Shown here: positions 13,301 through 26,400 of the stretch, in pieces
How the letters are laid out: each line of letters begins with the position of its first letter
How positions within the stretch are numbered: the stretch's first letter is position 1
Position numbers and translations under genes: made by a program
DNA from: Stylophora pistillata
Taxonomy: Eukaryota
Assembly (NCBI RefSeq): GCF_002571385.2
Contig: NW_019217860.1
Coordinates: 638,856-702,855, forward strand
DNA length: 64,000 nucleotides
Direction of reading: 5' to 3'
Notes under the pieces: model-generated
What the model was told of the DNA's origin: nothing
Database searches by the model: none
What the model saw: the letters and a program-made list of their open reading frames with translations, nothing else

Positions 13301-15383
13301 TTTTCTGTTGAAAAAAAAAAAAAAAACGTTTTTTGGGGCGTTATAACTAGCTTACTTTAGTGGTAGACAAGAAAGTCTGGCAATTATTTTGTAAAGATGC
13401 TTTTGACATTGCCGATCCTAGCAGTGTGCAGGACGCGTATCAAATATGATCTTCGTAATGAGCCTTGCTCACCATAGAGTCTCTGTGGGTCAGCGGTAGA
13501 GCATCGGAGCGCGGGATCCGAAGGTCTGAGGTTCGAATCCTCATGGGAACTCAGAAATGTTTTCACTGTCCCACGCTCGTGACAAGACGGAAAACATCTT
13601 TGTATCCGGCAATTATTGTAAGTCATAAGAAGAGTTTGTAAATTATAAGTAAAAAACAAGTAATTCGCAAACTCTTCCGCTGCCCTTACAACTGAGATTT
13701 TGTTCCGAGGCCTGTGGTGTTAGAAATGAATAAAAAAAGTTCTGAAGCCTCCTTCGCAGCTGTCACACTCAACGCATTCTTACCCTACAGGCGTGACGTA
13801 GCCAAAAAAAGGCTGCGAAACCAGGTGACTTAGAGTTTATCGAATCCCAGTTAACTAATAATATCTAATCGTAAATCTAGTACACACGGATATGCGGGCA
13901 TTCATTGGTGAAGAATACCAGTATATTTTGCTATAATCAGCTCTCGGAAGGTGAAAGAAGGTTAATTAGTTTATAGAACCGCTAAGATCAGCCAGTAAAG
14001 ACCATGTGCCTTACAGTCCCGTTTCAGCTTACTAGCGCGGTCCTCAGACAGCAATGCAATGTCATAAACTATTTGCAACCCTAGATAAAGACAGGCATTA
14101 AGTAAGCAACAGCACTTATCAACAACAAAAAAGGCTTAAACAATATCAACAACAGCAAAACATAACAGAAAATCAGCGCGGCAAAGTTTTCTTTAGCCAA
14201 CTGTTATGTACATTCATCGCGTAACGAAACATTGGTACAACGAGACTTACCAAAGTTGTTCCCAAGAGGACCTCCAACAGAGAAAGGAAAACATGTCCAT
14301 CTCGAACTTCCTCGATAAGATCCGTCACCTCTAAAGGTGGTACGGCCTGCACAACGTTTGAGAAAAAGCAAACATCATTGTTCGTCACTGAAACTGTTTT
14401 CAAAACAACGATGACAACCAAGGTAGTGATGGAATGCGAGAACATACGTATGAAGAAGAACAAAAAATGCGCATGTATGTATGCACCGACACCAAAAGAT
14501 GAAGAAAGAGTCGTGAAATTTTTTCGCACGAAAGCCGCCAGGGAGCTAAGCGAAAATCAAAATGGCGGCGACTGGGTCACAAATTCGTTTCCTTCGGTGG
14601 TTTGAGCTTACCATTGCAAGCTTGGAGTTGATCCACTTTCGGAATGTCTTCTTATGAATTTCCTCTCTCTGTCCTTAATATTGAGAAAAGAAAAGTATGT
14701 ATATCAAACAAAGCCACGTGACCAATCACGTGAACCATCCATTGTACATTTGACCAGCTCTTTCTCTTGTAGCGTTCAAGCACATCTTTAAAAGACGTCA
14801 CTCACTGTTCCCTAAAGTTTGATGTTCTCCCTTGTATGTTCCCGACACCGCCTTTACAGGAGATCATGAGAATTTGCGGCTAGATAAACTTTAAGTCGTC
14901 GATCACAATTCAGTTTAACTGCTCATCTAATTTCTGAATTGCACATCATAACGTCGGGAGAATAAAGGAAGTGATATCCAACTAAAGAAATTCTTGATTG
15001 CTTTAAAACAATTTCTCTTAATCAGCACCTTAAGAAACGCATACAGAACAGTATGGAGAACACGAATGTAAAGGATCGATAGATGCTATACAAAATTGAA
15101 ATTGCCATATGGTGTTACTTCTTCCTAAACCACAAATCGCCATCTTTGCTATGCTGGTTTACGATATAAATACATTACTGTTATTGAAATCCCTTATTTA
15201 ACAACTGCAAAATAAATAACCCTTAAAAGTAACTTGGTAATTTGGAAGTCTACGAAATTACAAATAGTGAAAAAAATTTAGTGAACGGAATTGCTCGAAG
15301 ACAAACGATTTCATCAGTAAAGAATTAAACTGAATATTACCTCGTCTTATGCAAACCATTTCATCACCAACAGATGCGATCAT
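1..15383 (-). CDS. DMD: Dystrophin/utrophin-like protein, 5' portion (CH1-CH2 actin-binding domain + at least 4 spectrin repeats); continues beyond left edge
   Basis: GT-AG exons joining in frame: 15383-15341, 14673-14612, 14346-14251, 13304-13227, 12730-12638, 12132-12032, 11716-11633, 9991-9876, 8298-8186, 7040-6900, 6581-6400, 6019-5878, 5421-5240, 4740-4617, 3884-3790, 3372-3207 (or its copy 2301-2136), 1568-1387, 732-558, 471-290, 67-<1. Motifs: QREEIHKKTFRKWIN, DGHVFLSLLEVL, DIVDGKSTTILGLIWSIILRFQ, EKKLLSWCQ, DFTTSWRDGLAFNAIIHSH, LLDPADIDVDKPDKKLIIMYLTSLF, then spectrin-type helices (LLHDRWEKL). Early exon sizes 62/96/78/93 resemble vertebrate DMD exons 2-5 (recalled). The C-terminal WW/ZZ region is outside the window, so orthology is not proven. 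Confidence 0.88.
1067..1296 (+). mobile_element. tRNA-derived SINE in dystrophin intron
   Basis: A box (GTGGCCGAGTGA) and B box (GGTTCAAGTCC) in a tRNA-like head, non-tRNA body, followed directly by a (TTA)n tail. Confidence 0.8.
1297..1380. repeat. (TTA)n microsatellite / SINE tail
   Basis: About 28 TTA/ATA triplets; source of the poly-Asn end of ORF 1290..1532. Confidence 0.95.
2082..3667. repeat. Near-identical ~515-bp direct duplication flanking an N gap (2082-2596 vs 3153-3667), containing one dystrophin exon
   Basis: Offset 1071 bp; identical 66-aa ORFs at 2115..2315 and 3186..3386; about two visible SNPs; gap 2597-3093. Confidence 0.9.
7165..7330. repeat. Dispersed repeat (related copy at ~27385-27660)
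   Basis: Shared blocks cagccaatcag...accaagtcgcg...ttttggctttgcat.tgattgg...ggaccaa in both loci. Confidence 0.6.
7648..8117. repeat. 36-bp minisatellite, ~13 copies
   Basis: Unit ~GATCTGATTGGTGCGAGATACATACCCTAATGCGGC, starts at 7664, 7700, 7736...; gives 12-aa periodic spurious ORFs. Confidence 0.92.
10131..11233. mobile_element. Tandem + inverted array of 247-bp tRNA-like-containing unit with 12-bp TSD
   Basis: Units start 10131, 10378, 10625; orientation flips at N 10864; ACTACATGTAAT at 10119-10130 and 11234-11245. Confidence 0.88.
11087..11159 (+). tRNA. tRNA-Thr(AGT)-like cloverleaf inside the repeat unit, probably not a functional tRNA (other copies: - strand 10254-10326, 10501-10573, 10748-10820, 36162-36234, 36410-36482; + strand 36592-36664, 36840-36912)
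   Basis: GGCTTGT TA GCTC AATTGGTA GAGC G CTGCA CTAGTAT CGCAG AGGTC AGTGG TTCGAAT CCCGT ACAGGCC T: 7-bp acceptor stem, D arm, A/B boxes; two mismatches in T stem and one in anticodon stem. Confidence 0.55.
13081..13203. mobile_element. Small MITE-like element with ~30-bp terminal inverted repeats
   Basis: atgcgtcgatcaattcgaaacttcaacatcc ... ggaatgttgaagcttcgaactgatcggtgcat. Confidence 0.7.
13405..13605 (+). mobile_element. Second family of tRNA-containing dispersed repeat (decayed copies ~32605-32750, ~39560-39690)
   Basis: Internal tRNA-like segment ctgtgggtcagcggtagagcatcggagcgcgggatccgaaggtctgaggttcgaatcctcatggg followed by shared tail ccacgctcgtgacaagac. Confidence 0.65.
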
Positions 15384-18300
15384 CCTCAACTGTTTTAGTT
15401 CTTTCGTTTTATCTGTTCCGTCGTGACGTATATCATTCGAATGAAAAAAAGATGTATTCGTTCCACTTCGGCCTCAACATTCATCATCCGCGTCACGATT
15501 CGCAAACAAATACCGCCCAAAAATTTCTTAATATTATTTTCTTGCAATGCAGAAAAAAACAACTCTTCTACGAAAACCAGCTGGTTCTCATCTGTTGCAT
15601 CAAAAGATGAATTAAGGCTTCCCCTGACGACCGCCTCGTATGTTCTGTATTTCAACTCAACTTACTGACAATTATCAACATCAAATTACATAAACATAGT
15701 TTGTTTCAAGCTGAAGTTGTAAGCCAGTCTTGAATAAAGAATACCAGTTTTAGATTAAACAAGCTGAGACACCTACCGGAATATACATAATTCATTTTCC
15801 GACAATTATACACTTTGATAATAGTAGGATAATCACCCAGGTGCCTGAGATTACCACACCAAATTTATTAATTCTGAAACATCCAAAAAACTTTTAAAAA
15901 ATGCACTCACACACACACACACACACACATACAAGCACGCATATTACAAGAGGTGTAAACTTGCGGCCGAAAAACTGTATTATGATCTGCCTGGATGAAA
16001 TTTTTTTTTTTTCTTTTTTTTTTTTTTAACGCAGGTCATCTCTTTCATACAAAATTTCAGTTTCATGCAGTAAAAGTAGAACACCACTTACATATCTTTG
16101 CATCTGCCTTGTGTTTTTTGGGGGCTAATCGACTAATGCGTCTGTAAGTTGATATAAAAAGTGACGTTTGGTGTAGGATGTAAATTATGAGATGGAAAAA
16201 AACTCAGAACGTGCAAAACGTAAATGTACTCCCGACGTCGCCTCTGCGCCTTTTTCAGTCAAAAACTGAAATGTTTTTGCTACACAGTTCCTGCAAGTTC
16301 TTTCGCTTTGGGAACAGAACCTATTTCTTTTTCAGTTTCAGAAAATTTATTTAGATTTCTATCGCACAAATATTTTGTCGCAAGCGATTAAGCGCGTTTT
16401 ATCAAAAGATATGTGTTTAACAGCTATTTTTGACTCTTGTCTGAAGGCAAACTTTCGTATGACCCAAACTTTTTATCGCTGCAATGCCATGATACTGTCA
16501 TCTTTAAGTTTATACTGTACAAGCCGGGGTTATAAATTCACGAAATCATCGTCTGATAAAGCAAATTTCTCTAGGCGTAAAAATTATGTAAATTACGACA
16601 AAACACGCATGTCTCCCAGCACACTGAGACTAAATTTAGTTAAAATATCCCCCTTTAGATGAGTTGTTCTAAAAAATAATATATCAAAAATGTGCTGCAA
16701 GTAAGTTGATTAACGCTAACTTATAAGAAAAATATTTTGCCCAAAATACAAAATAGCCGAACAAAACACGGAGTCAAAACTGATAATCAGTAACTACGTG
16801 ACAAGGACAAACTGTTTTAAGATGTAGCTGCTTTTTCCCGAAGTTTCTATTGACATTTTGCAAGTAAAATGATAAAATGATATACTGGTGTTGACGTTAA
16901 AAGGATAAACGCATATTCGTTATTTAGGTCAGTTATCGCTAATCTGTCGACTGAATAGAGGACAACAGGAGACAAAGTTTCCTACGGCTTAGTCGTTACA
17001 CCACTTATACCGACATACTCCCTCGCTATAGTGGTCAGCATTTTGTTGATTAGAGAGCAAAGTTTTATTTCAGAGACATCTTCAGAGTAATGCATAAAAC
17101 GCATCGTTTTAACGGAGCTGATATTCGGAACATGTCTGCGGAAACAAAGAAGAGGAAAATGCAAACAAGTTTATACGGTCAGTCTTACAGAAAATACACC
17201 TTTTTTCTTTGGTCAAGAAGCTTAACCGGTTGCTTCATGTCGATCGATTTTTATATTACGTCTCGGCACATTTTTTCGTGGCTTCGCCAGTTTTTCTCAC
17301 TGTAGTAAGTTTTTCACATTTTCGGACTAAGTATTAAAGTCTGACATTAATCAACAGCTGGATATGTCTATCGCGGTAGCTTTCCCCAGCCTTTGTTGCG
17401 TTTTGTTTTAACAACAAACATCTTTTTGCCCTTTAATTTGGTGAAAGCTGATTGTGTTTTCCGATCAGCTACACAGACACCATGAAAAAGATAACCTATG
17501 CTTGACTCGTGGGAGTCAAACCTACAATTATATGTCGTAGATTCGGTAACATTAAAACTGTTTTGAACGCGTGCCGACCATACTCTAGCGTTTGACCACA
17601 AGAAGTTCCAAGTAACTAGATTTGGTCATTACACTTTTGTGAGTCCCAATGGCAAACATTATCATTCGATTTTTCCTTTTACCATAAAAAAGAAAAAGAA
17701 AAGAAAAAAAGAAGTGAAGAATCTGTCCGAGGCGTAACATTCTGCGAGCATTCTAGCAAGCGGAAATATCGATGACTAGATTCCTTGCTGACCGGCGCTT
17801 ATCGACTATTGCAGGCTCAGGTATACGCTCTAAACAAACGAAAATTAAAAATAGAATGATTCACAGTAATTTAAGTTTCATTAAAGACTGTACTTTCAAT
17901 TATCTTACAGGTAAGAGGGGCGGGGGAAGACAATAAAAAATTGCAAGATACCTAAGGCTGCCTATCCTTAATTCATATAAAACGTTTGATAAGGTCAAAT
18001 TTCACATACTTGAGACACTTAGAACAGAATTTCTCGAAAAGAGATTGGGCAAGAGACTGGACTTTTTTGTACTGAGTCTATGATTATGATATTGAGTTAT
18101 TCTTTTAAAGCATAGAGACTGCAGGTCTAGCAGAGCTAAAATTACAGCCGAACGCTCATCAAAAGAAGTTCAAAAAGAGCCGCTTTGATGCATTTCAATG
18201 GTACGTGGAGGCCGAAAAAAAAAATAAAAAATCAACAAAGCTATGAAGAGTAGACAGTTTTTCTTCCCCCGCAAGAGGGTGTTTCGTTGAGCGATTAACC

Positions 18301-19763
18301 TTGTCTTACAAACTGACAGCGAACGCAAAACTTCGTTTTCCTGCCAGGGGCGAAACCGGAACTTTTTTAAATCAAGAGGTGGCACTTGTCTGAAACCCCA
18401 GCCATCAATATTACCCTGTTTAAAACTTAAAAAGTGGGTCTCGTGTTAAATGCATGGTCTATACTAGTTAAACCTTGCCCGAGGGTTTAAACATATCAGT
18501 GATTTCCATTAAGTGCCCTGTTTTTTAAACATAGTTTTCTTGCTCCGAACGTAGATTTGGTAAACAAAACATTCAGTAGTGCACACTGTCTCTTAATTCG
18601 CTTTTAGGACTGAAATAGTTTATAATAAATAAATAAATAAATAAATGAAAGAAGTACAGTCGCCAAGTCTTTCTAGAAAGTTGAAATACGTCGTTGCTGT
18701 GATCCGAAATATTTGTTGTGCATCAAAACAGACTTACATGAGTTGAAGATGATACACAGTTTTACCTCTCGATATAAACTTCGTTCAATGATTTTTTGGT
18801 AAAAAAAAAGCAGTTTTTGAGATTAAGCAATAAAATAATATTCATTAAGACTAACAGTTGCGAAACACCGTTTGGGGGGGCCGAACTATCTCGAAAACAG
18901 CCGACGTAAGCCGTTGCCTAGTCTGTATCTGAAAGCGCCACAAGGGTGCAAGAAAACCATTTAGATGTCTCCAGGGCATCTCAATATGATAACAACTGAT
19001 TAACTAACAAGATAAAACTGGCGTTTGGTTTAGAACGCTTTCGAGCTGGCATCACCGAGCAATTCAAGTGTCATTGTCATTCTATTTTGTCATCAGTGAA
19101 GGATGGAACGCATTCAACTTTGAAACAGGGAACTTTTAACAGCTGATTTGATGCACAGAATGCAACATGTAGGCATTTTTCAACGTGTCAATCTTTAATA
19201 GCGAAAAGCACAAGGAAAAAATATCCAGTTTCGATGTTCATCTCTTAACTGTTCGCAGAAATATTGCTGACAAGGCACTTAACACTTCATGTTTTTGCAG
19301 AACACTGCCATTAATTTACCGACAAAACTATGCAAACCATTTCACAATCTGCGACTTTAGCGATTGCTAGTTAACAACACAGAAGAAATATCGATTCGAA
19401 GGATTCATCATAGAACTATAGATCATTGTGGTTGTTAACACCTTGAAGATACGGCGTAATAAAGTTAATTTTATATCTGGACGTTTGACCTTACACTGAA
19501 AGTTGACGACAGATGACAAAATTCAGACCAAAAACGAATTAATATCGTGTACAAAAGGTTAACTCTCCAATGGGAGCTGCAGAAACTCCAACTCGAAATA
19601 ACTCTACAACAGATTAAACACTAGCAAGACAGAGAAATTTAGGGCAACAAAAAGGAAACAGCATACCACCATTGCAAATGTTTGTTCAATTATTTAAAAG
19701 CGCACTCAGTGGGCACGTAGTCTACGTAATAACATTTTAAACAGCACAGCCATGTTTAAATAC

Positions 19764-19849
19764 CTGTCCGCTCTCGAATGGTTTGCATGAATATAGCTGA
19801 CTCTCGGGTCTCGCTTTGCCTCCGAAGCGACTCTTAAGCCGCCATCTTT
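19764..19849 (-). promoter_or_regulatory. Candidate distal promoter / alternative first exon of the dystrophin-like gene
   Basis: YY1-type AAAGATGGCGGC (19849-19838), then ATG 19788 encoding MQTIRERT+G with a phase-1 GT donor compatible with exon 14673-14612. Confidence 0.45.
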
Positions 19850-20770
19850 GCGAGGTCCTCGTCCAACGTGGAATTTTTTGCAGTATCCGAAGTTAAGAAA
19901 CCTCCCTGTGAAAGTCTATTGATGAGGGTAGCTTTCTTCACAGGTTACGCAAGGATTCCTCGCATACTTGTGATATGTAAATTTTGCATTTGAAAGGCGC
20001 TTTACGAGTTTAGCAAATACGTATGAATAACAAAGGCGTTAAAACAAAAATAAACAAAAGGAAATCAAAGGCGGGAAATGCTTCAGTTAACATGGACAAA
20101 TAACAAATTCCCTAACGTCTAGGAAACGTCATCTTTGAATGTCATTAAGCAACCTGGAATGCAATCAAAGTCAATTGTGCTGATTAAAAACGAAAATAGA
20201 AAGATACTCAAAATTTGAATTACCGATGAGCTCGTTGCTCCATCTCGATGGGGAGCCTACAAGGTTGACGCTCAAAGTTTGCGTTGTGTGACAAACATCA
20301 CGCAATCTCACACAGGCTGCACTACTAGATGACAGTTCGAAACCAACGTTTGTGATAAAAACAAGAAAACACATCGGAGGCTTCCTTTACATTTCGCAAA
20401 AAATAGCTGAAGAATAAGTTCAAAGTGGTGTCTTTGTTTTAAATTTTTGCGCAGGGTAAGCAAGGTCAAATAACTGTCCTCTGCTTCATTCTGTCAGTTC
20501 TGACGAGGCTGTGTTCCTTCCGGTGGCAGGGAATTTCCTTCCTGTTCTTCAGATAATTGTTCTGGTTGAGGATACAGGTTCAAACCACTGATTTGTGGAC
20601 AAGCAACATCTAGGAAATATTTCGTTTCTGTAAGTGTAGTTAGTAGAAAGAAATATCGTTGACCTCTAATAGAAACGTTCAAACACATCCTCTCCCCCTC
20701 TCTCCCCCCCCCCCCATCCAACGCTTTTCAGTAACACGCAGTTACTTTTAGAACGTGATGGAAAACCTAA

Positions 20771-21126
20771 ATGAATAAATTTAATACTCATATAGCGCAA
20801 AGTTCTTTATAATTATATGATCTAATGCGCTTTACAATAAGTTCAAAAAATATCTAAAAGAAACCTGCAAGGAATATGATGGTTAATTTACAAAATGAAA
20901 ACAAAATTATATTCAACAATAAATTAAAAAGCAATGAAAAATCTATATAGTACATAGTCTAAAATGTTCACGCAATTAACAGTGTGCTTGTTTAAAAAGA
21001 TGCGTTTTCAGTTGTTTTTTACAAATATTTACACTACTCACAGCTCTTAGGCTTTCCGAAAGAGAGTTCCATAAAAATGGGACAGCTACCGAAAAAGCTC
21101 TGTCACCAGTGGTCTTGGCAGATCTA
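20771..21126 (-). mobile_element. L2/CR1-type LINE 3' fragment
   Basis: Minus-strand translation RSAKTTGDRAFSVAVPFLWNSLSESLRAVSSVNICKKQLKTHLF, typical of the ORF2 C-terminus, then a 3' UTR with aagcgca...gcgctat. Confidence 0.8.
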
Positions 21127-23430
21127 AAAAATGACTAGTTTAAAATAAAACAACTGAAAAAAACAAATCAAAAAAACAATTATCAGATTTACGAGTAAAT
21201 TTACGAAAGAAAAAATCGATCTTGCTATAATCACAAGTTGAAACGCTTGATATTATCAATACAACGAGAATAAAAAATTTCCCATCACATAAGCCTAGAT
21301 TTTTTTTGTCTGTTTTAGAAGGCAAGATCTAGAAGTTGGCTTAGTTTGGTCCGTAATTCAGAATCCAAGAGTCCATGCCGATATATTTTTCGGAGAGTGT
21401 TATTATTGCGTCATCTGTCCCCTATTCCTTCGCACGGTCTGTCACTTTGCCAAACTTGTAGCGTAAAATAGAAATATCTTCTTCGTGGACTGTCTAAAAT
21501 TAGTACAGTAGTGAATCTACGTTCGTAGCCGTTTTTCATTTATTGAACAGGTCATCAAGGTAAGAGTGACTTAATCGTATGAAGTATGTGGAAATATGCG
21601 AGAGGGTTAAACTGAAGAGGTCCGAGTGAACATTTTCATGCTTCGCGAAGACGCTTCGAAATAGCAACTTTCTGAATTTGGCCAACGCACGCTAGTCAAT
21701 TATCTTGAAGAAACCGCGAGTGAGAAATATTTGTTTACAGAGATGTTGACCATAGTAAGTTTATTGTAGAGCTTTTTTTGAAAATAACTCCGTACTTGAT
21801 GAAATGTTATTTTAAAGGAATTAAATTGCAATTTTATGTAAATCCAGTTTTGAACACAACTAAAAATTCTGAGACGTGTATCGCACAATTTCAGTTTTTG
21901 GAGGGAATCGAATTGATCTAGCTCTCGTAAGGTTTGAAGAGTGAAAATAGGATTTTGTCTAGAGCGATTTATGTTTGTGGACAAAAAAAAAATATTCACA
22001 TCTTTTTCAATAAAAGCTTGCCACATCATAAAAGTCTCGGTCTGCTCGAAAATTATTTGTTACTCAAGATATATTTTTTCCGACCGGTTTGGACCTGGCA
22101 TAACGCACTCGTTTAAGAGGACATTTTGTTTCGATTTTAATCCTAAATTTTTTTCAGTGATTTTTCAAATACATTACATGCAGCGACGGAAAGCATGCTT
22201 TTAACCTGCTGCCATTTACCAAATATATATAATGTTAAATATTTTTCCTTAATCGCCTGAAACGTTAGTTCTTGCGTGAATTTTCCCAAAATCATTTCTC
22301 TTAGTATAGGTACTTATTGTACAATTTAAAAAAGGTTTTGTACAGAAATTCATTGATAAGTCCAATTAGGGGGTTCTATTCTTACTCAAAAGGCAGTCAT
22401 GAAAATCTTATAATTTAACAGTCATTCAGGAAAACGCTAGTGTCATTATTCTTGCCAAGAGAAGCAGCAAAAAAGTTGAAGTGCAGTAAATTGTGTTTGC
22501 AAAGTGTTGCTATACACTGCCACATTAATCTCCATGCAATATTTTAAAGTTGCAGCTGCTGTTAGCTAATGCTTTCCCCTTCTGTGAAGCCAAAGGAGCC
22601 ATTTGATTCATTTGCATAATAGAATTTTCACAAAGAGCATAATTTCCTGTTAGCCTGCAGATTAGATCAATATCTCACTGGATACAAAAAGCTATTTTGA
22701 TTATTTATTTCTACCTTGCAAAATTCTCATCCAAATTTTGCAAGAATTAATATGAATTAATAAATTACCTCACCAAGCTAAGGTTTTTTTAAAATGACAA
22801 AAAAATCATGGCTTTTAAGATGTGAAAATCAATTTAATGTTTCCAAACAATATGCTGCTGTGCAAGGACTCCTCTAGGGTCATGAATTGTAATATATTTT
22901 TTATTTTTTTGGATGAATCTGGACCTCAGCTGTCTTTTAGCAAAAGGCAAAAGTAATTCAACCATGTCAAGGTTACTCACAAGGAAACTTCAGCTTAATT
23001 GCTTTACCATTTTATCTTTTCCGTCTCAACACAATTTACATCCAGCCAGATTCAAAGAATGCACTTGTGATTTTCAAGGTCAAGGGTTTGATCACCTAGC
23101 TGGGCAGAAAAACATATTTTAAGTTTCTTAAGAAAGCAGAAACAAAATTAAGTTTGAATATCCCTCAGAGTATTATTAACTCCAATTTGGAGGTAGTTGA
23201 CATTGTTTTCTATTGAATGAATGCGATGATCTGGTTACTGCATTCAAAGAGCAACTTCTGCTTACTATTTATACACATTCTAAAGATGAGTCTGATGTTT
23301 CTTTTTTAGTTTATACACTATTTTGATGAGTACTAGTAAGACAGATTCTTCAAAACTTGCTAAATTACAGATCTATAGGACCATGGCTTCCATTTTCCAA
23401 TGACAAAGAAACAGGTTAGTCAGGATAAAA

Positions 23431-26400
23431 ATGGAGGATAAAGAACAAATGGTAGATGGAGACGATGATGCTATGGAATCAGAACTGGAGGGGAGTGAAA
23501 AGCCTGAGGGAGGGTGGGGTTGGGTGGTTTGTTGTGGTACCTTCAGCGTCAACTTTATAGTGTTCGGTATTCATAACTCATTTGGTGTGGTGTACGAGTA
23601 CCTGGTAGATGAACATCACATGGGGGAAGCTGAGACAGGTAAGGATGATAACCCAGTGGGTAAACCTGACTGAGAGTTCTTTACTGTAAAACAGTCGCAG
23701 ATTTTGACTTTTGACCTTGAGCCAAGCAGGCACGTAGCGTGGTCATTTTTTCAAGTACACACAGGTACATATGATCTAGAAACCTAAGTAAACTGAGCGA
23801 AAAATACTGCATTCTTTATTTCTTGTTTGAAATAGTTGTGTGAATACAAGCAAAGAACAAAGCGTCTTGCCCTTATTTTGAGCAAACTTGGCGCAAACAC
23901 AACATTTTTTTCAAATTTTTCTGGTCACTTCAAGTACGCACATGTGTATATATATATGCGTAGAGGACACTATGCACCTGCCAAGAAAGGGGGCAGGGGT
24001 TGTGTGTGTACACCTGCAGGCTTTCTTTTCTTTCTTTTGCAATTATTATTTCACCCAAAATAAGGGGGGTCTTGGCCCCCCCCCCCCAGGTGCCTCCCCT
24101 AGATCTGCCAATGTAAATTACACACTGAGTTTTACCCATGTTCATTTGAGTGCCTTAGTTAAATCAAAGATAAAAAAAGGAATGTTGCATAATTTGTAGT
24201 ACAGATTACAAAGACAACATTAGGGAGATCTCTAGTTTTTTTCCATGCATGTGGAGTTGCTTGAAATGAGTGATGCAGAATGAGTCAGTCCCTTATCATT
24301 GTCCAATTTCATCCTTAATTTCTACTTGTAATGTACATTGAAATGGCTCGTGTTGTGAATCATTAGCAGCATTAGACAACATTTTAGGGCACTTTTTTAT
24401 TAAGATATTTTCACTCACAAATATTACAACAAAGTATCTGTTCTTTCTTTCCTCATAGCTTGGGTTGGTGCAATGGCTGGTTCCCTTAACTTCTTGTGTG
24501 GTCCACTGACAAGTATTCTTTGTGATCGCTTTGGATTTCGTCGAGTAGCATTTGTTGGGGCCCTTCTATCTGTGACTGGACTTTTTCTTACGTCACTTGT
24601 GACTAGCTTGCATTACATGTACCTCACTTATGGACTTCTTTGGGGGGTAGGGTCCAGTCTTTCCTTTGTACCTTCCATTGTGATGTTAGGTGAATACTTT
24701 GATAAAAGACTGGCACTAGCCAATGGATTAGGTACAAGCGGGAGTGGAGTGGGTTCATTGGTAGCCTCACCTGCGATTAACTACTTACTGCGGGTCCTTG
24801 GATGGAGTAACTCTCTGCGCATACTCAGTGGGGTTGCAGCATTTCTTGTTGTGGCATGCTTCCTCTATAAACCGGTAAAAACAAGACGGCGTGAAAGAGC
24901 CGTGACAAAACAGTGCAGCCAGTTGTGTGACATTTCAATTTGGAGGAACCGGCCTTACGTAGCCTGGGTACTAACAGTAGCGTTATTCCAGTTCGGATAT
25001 CCAGTCCCTTTCGTCCATTTGGTAAGTCAGGAGACTTTCATACTCTGTTTGTGGTGTAGTGCCATGGGAATAATGAAAAGGATGTACTAGTAGTACTGAG
25101 GTCGCGTGAAGATTCGTTAGCCGTGTGCTCGTAACGTCGAGGAAATCATCGCTTTCACGCAGAAAAGAAAAACAGCAAAAATAAAGCGAAACATTACGAA
25201 AAAGTAGAAAATTCAGCAAAGTTTTATTTGGTTTTCTTCAGTTCTCTTTGAATCCTCCAGTCAGCCCAATGGATAGTGCGCTGGACTGTTGTGTAGGAGG
25301 TCGAGGGTTCGAGTCCCGGCCGGACCAACACTCAAGGTTTTAAAATAATTGAGAAGAATTTGCTACCTTTCTATAAATTCAAGAAATGGTTAGATATTCT
25401 AGTCTTCTCGGATAGGGACGAATAAATGGAGGTCCCTTCTCCTGCAGGGTTGGGGGCATTAGACGTTAATTTCCCACACACGAGATAACTGTGTGATGGA
25501 TATCCTCCCCTGGGGTGGAATGGGTGGGTTTCCTGGGCCCGCAGCAATTGGCGCAAGCTGTTGCGGTGTCCCTGCCTGTCGGCGAATCTAATAAATTAGA
25601 TTAAAACGTGACAAGACCTTTTAAAATGTATCTTGAAGTGACAAAAGCAAATTTAATGTGCAAGTTACATGAACAAAGCAAAATCAGTAGTAATGTGAAA
25701 AGAAAACCATTAAAAAACATTTTAAGTTTGTAGAACTTATTTATGGCTCATAATTTGTTTTAAAAAAAAAAGTCTGTGGAAGCGCAGTCTATTTAAGTAA
25801 GTTCGGCATTTGCTTGGAGGCTTGTGTTTATCAATATTTTGCTTTCAATTACAGCACTTTTTGAGGGAGCAGGGATGGCGCAGTGGTGAGAGCACTCGTC
25901 TCCTACCACTGTGGCCCTGGTTCGATTCCTGGACCTGGCGTGACATGTGGGTTGAGTTTGTATTTGGTTCTCGTCCTTGCTCCGAGGGTTTTTCTCCGGG
26001 TCCTCCGGTTTTCCTCCCTCCTCAGGGGACAAGAAGAGCCACCCAGTGGAATGTCCATTGCTAAATTATTATTTATTTATTTACTTATGCTAAAAGAGAA
26101 GCTTTCTTTAGTAATGTCATAAAGTTATGTTCATTTGTATCCCTCTCGTCAGGTGAAATACGCCGATGACCTTGGTATCCCGCCTTCCAAAGGAGCATGG
26201 CTGGTCGGATTCCTTTCCATCATGTCTACTGTGGGGCGTGTGATTTTCGGAAAGATCTGTGAACTGCGATGGGTCAACAAGGTTTATGTTTACCAGTTTT
26301 CAGTGTTTACCATAGGACTTAGCACGATGATCTGTCCAATCACAGAGGGGTATGCGGGTCTCGTGACCTACTCTCTTGTGTTTGGTTTTTTCGATGGATG

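Noticed and set aside
14806-14867. ATG-initiated segment with a strong GTGAGT donor as a dystrophin first exon
   Set aside because: Ends in phase 2, incompatible with the phase-1 acceptor; the compatible frame has a stop
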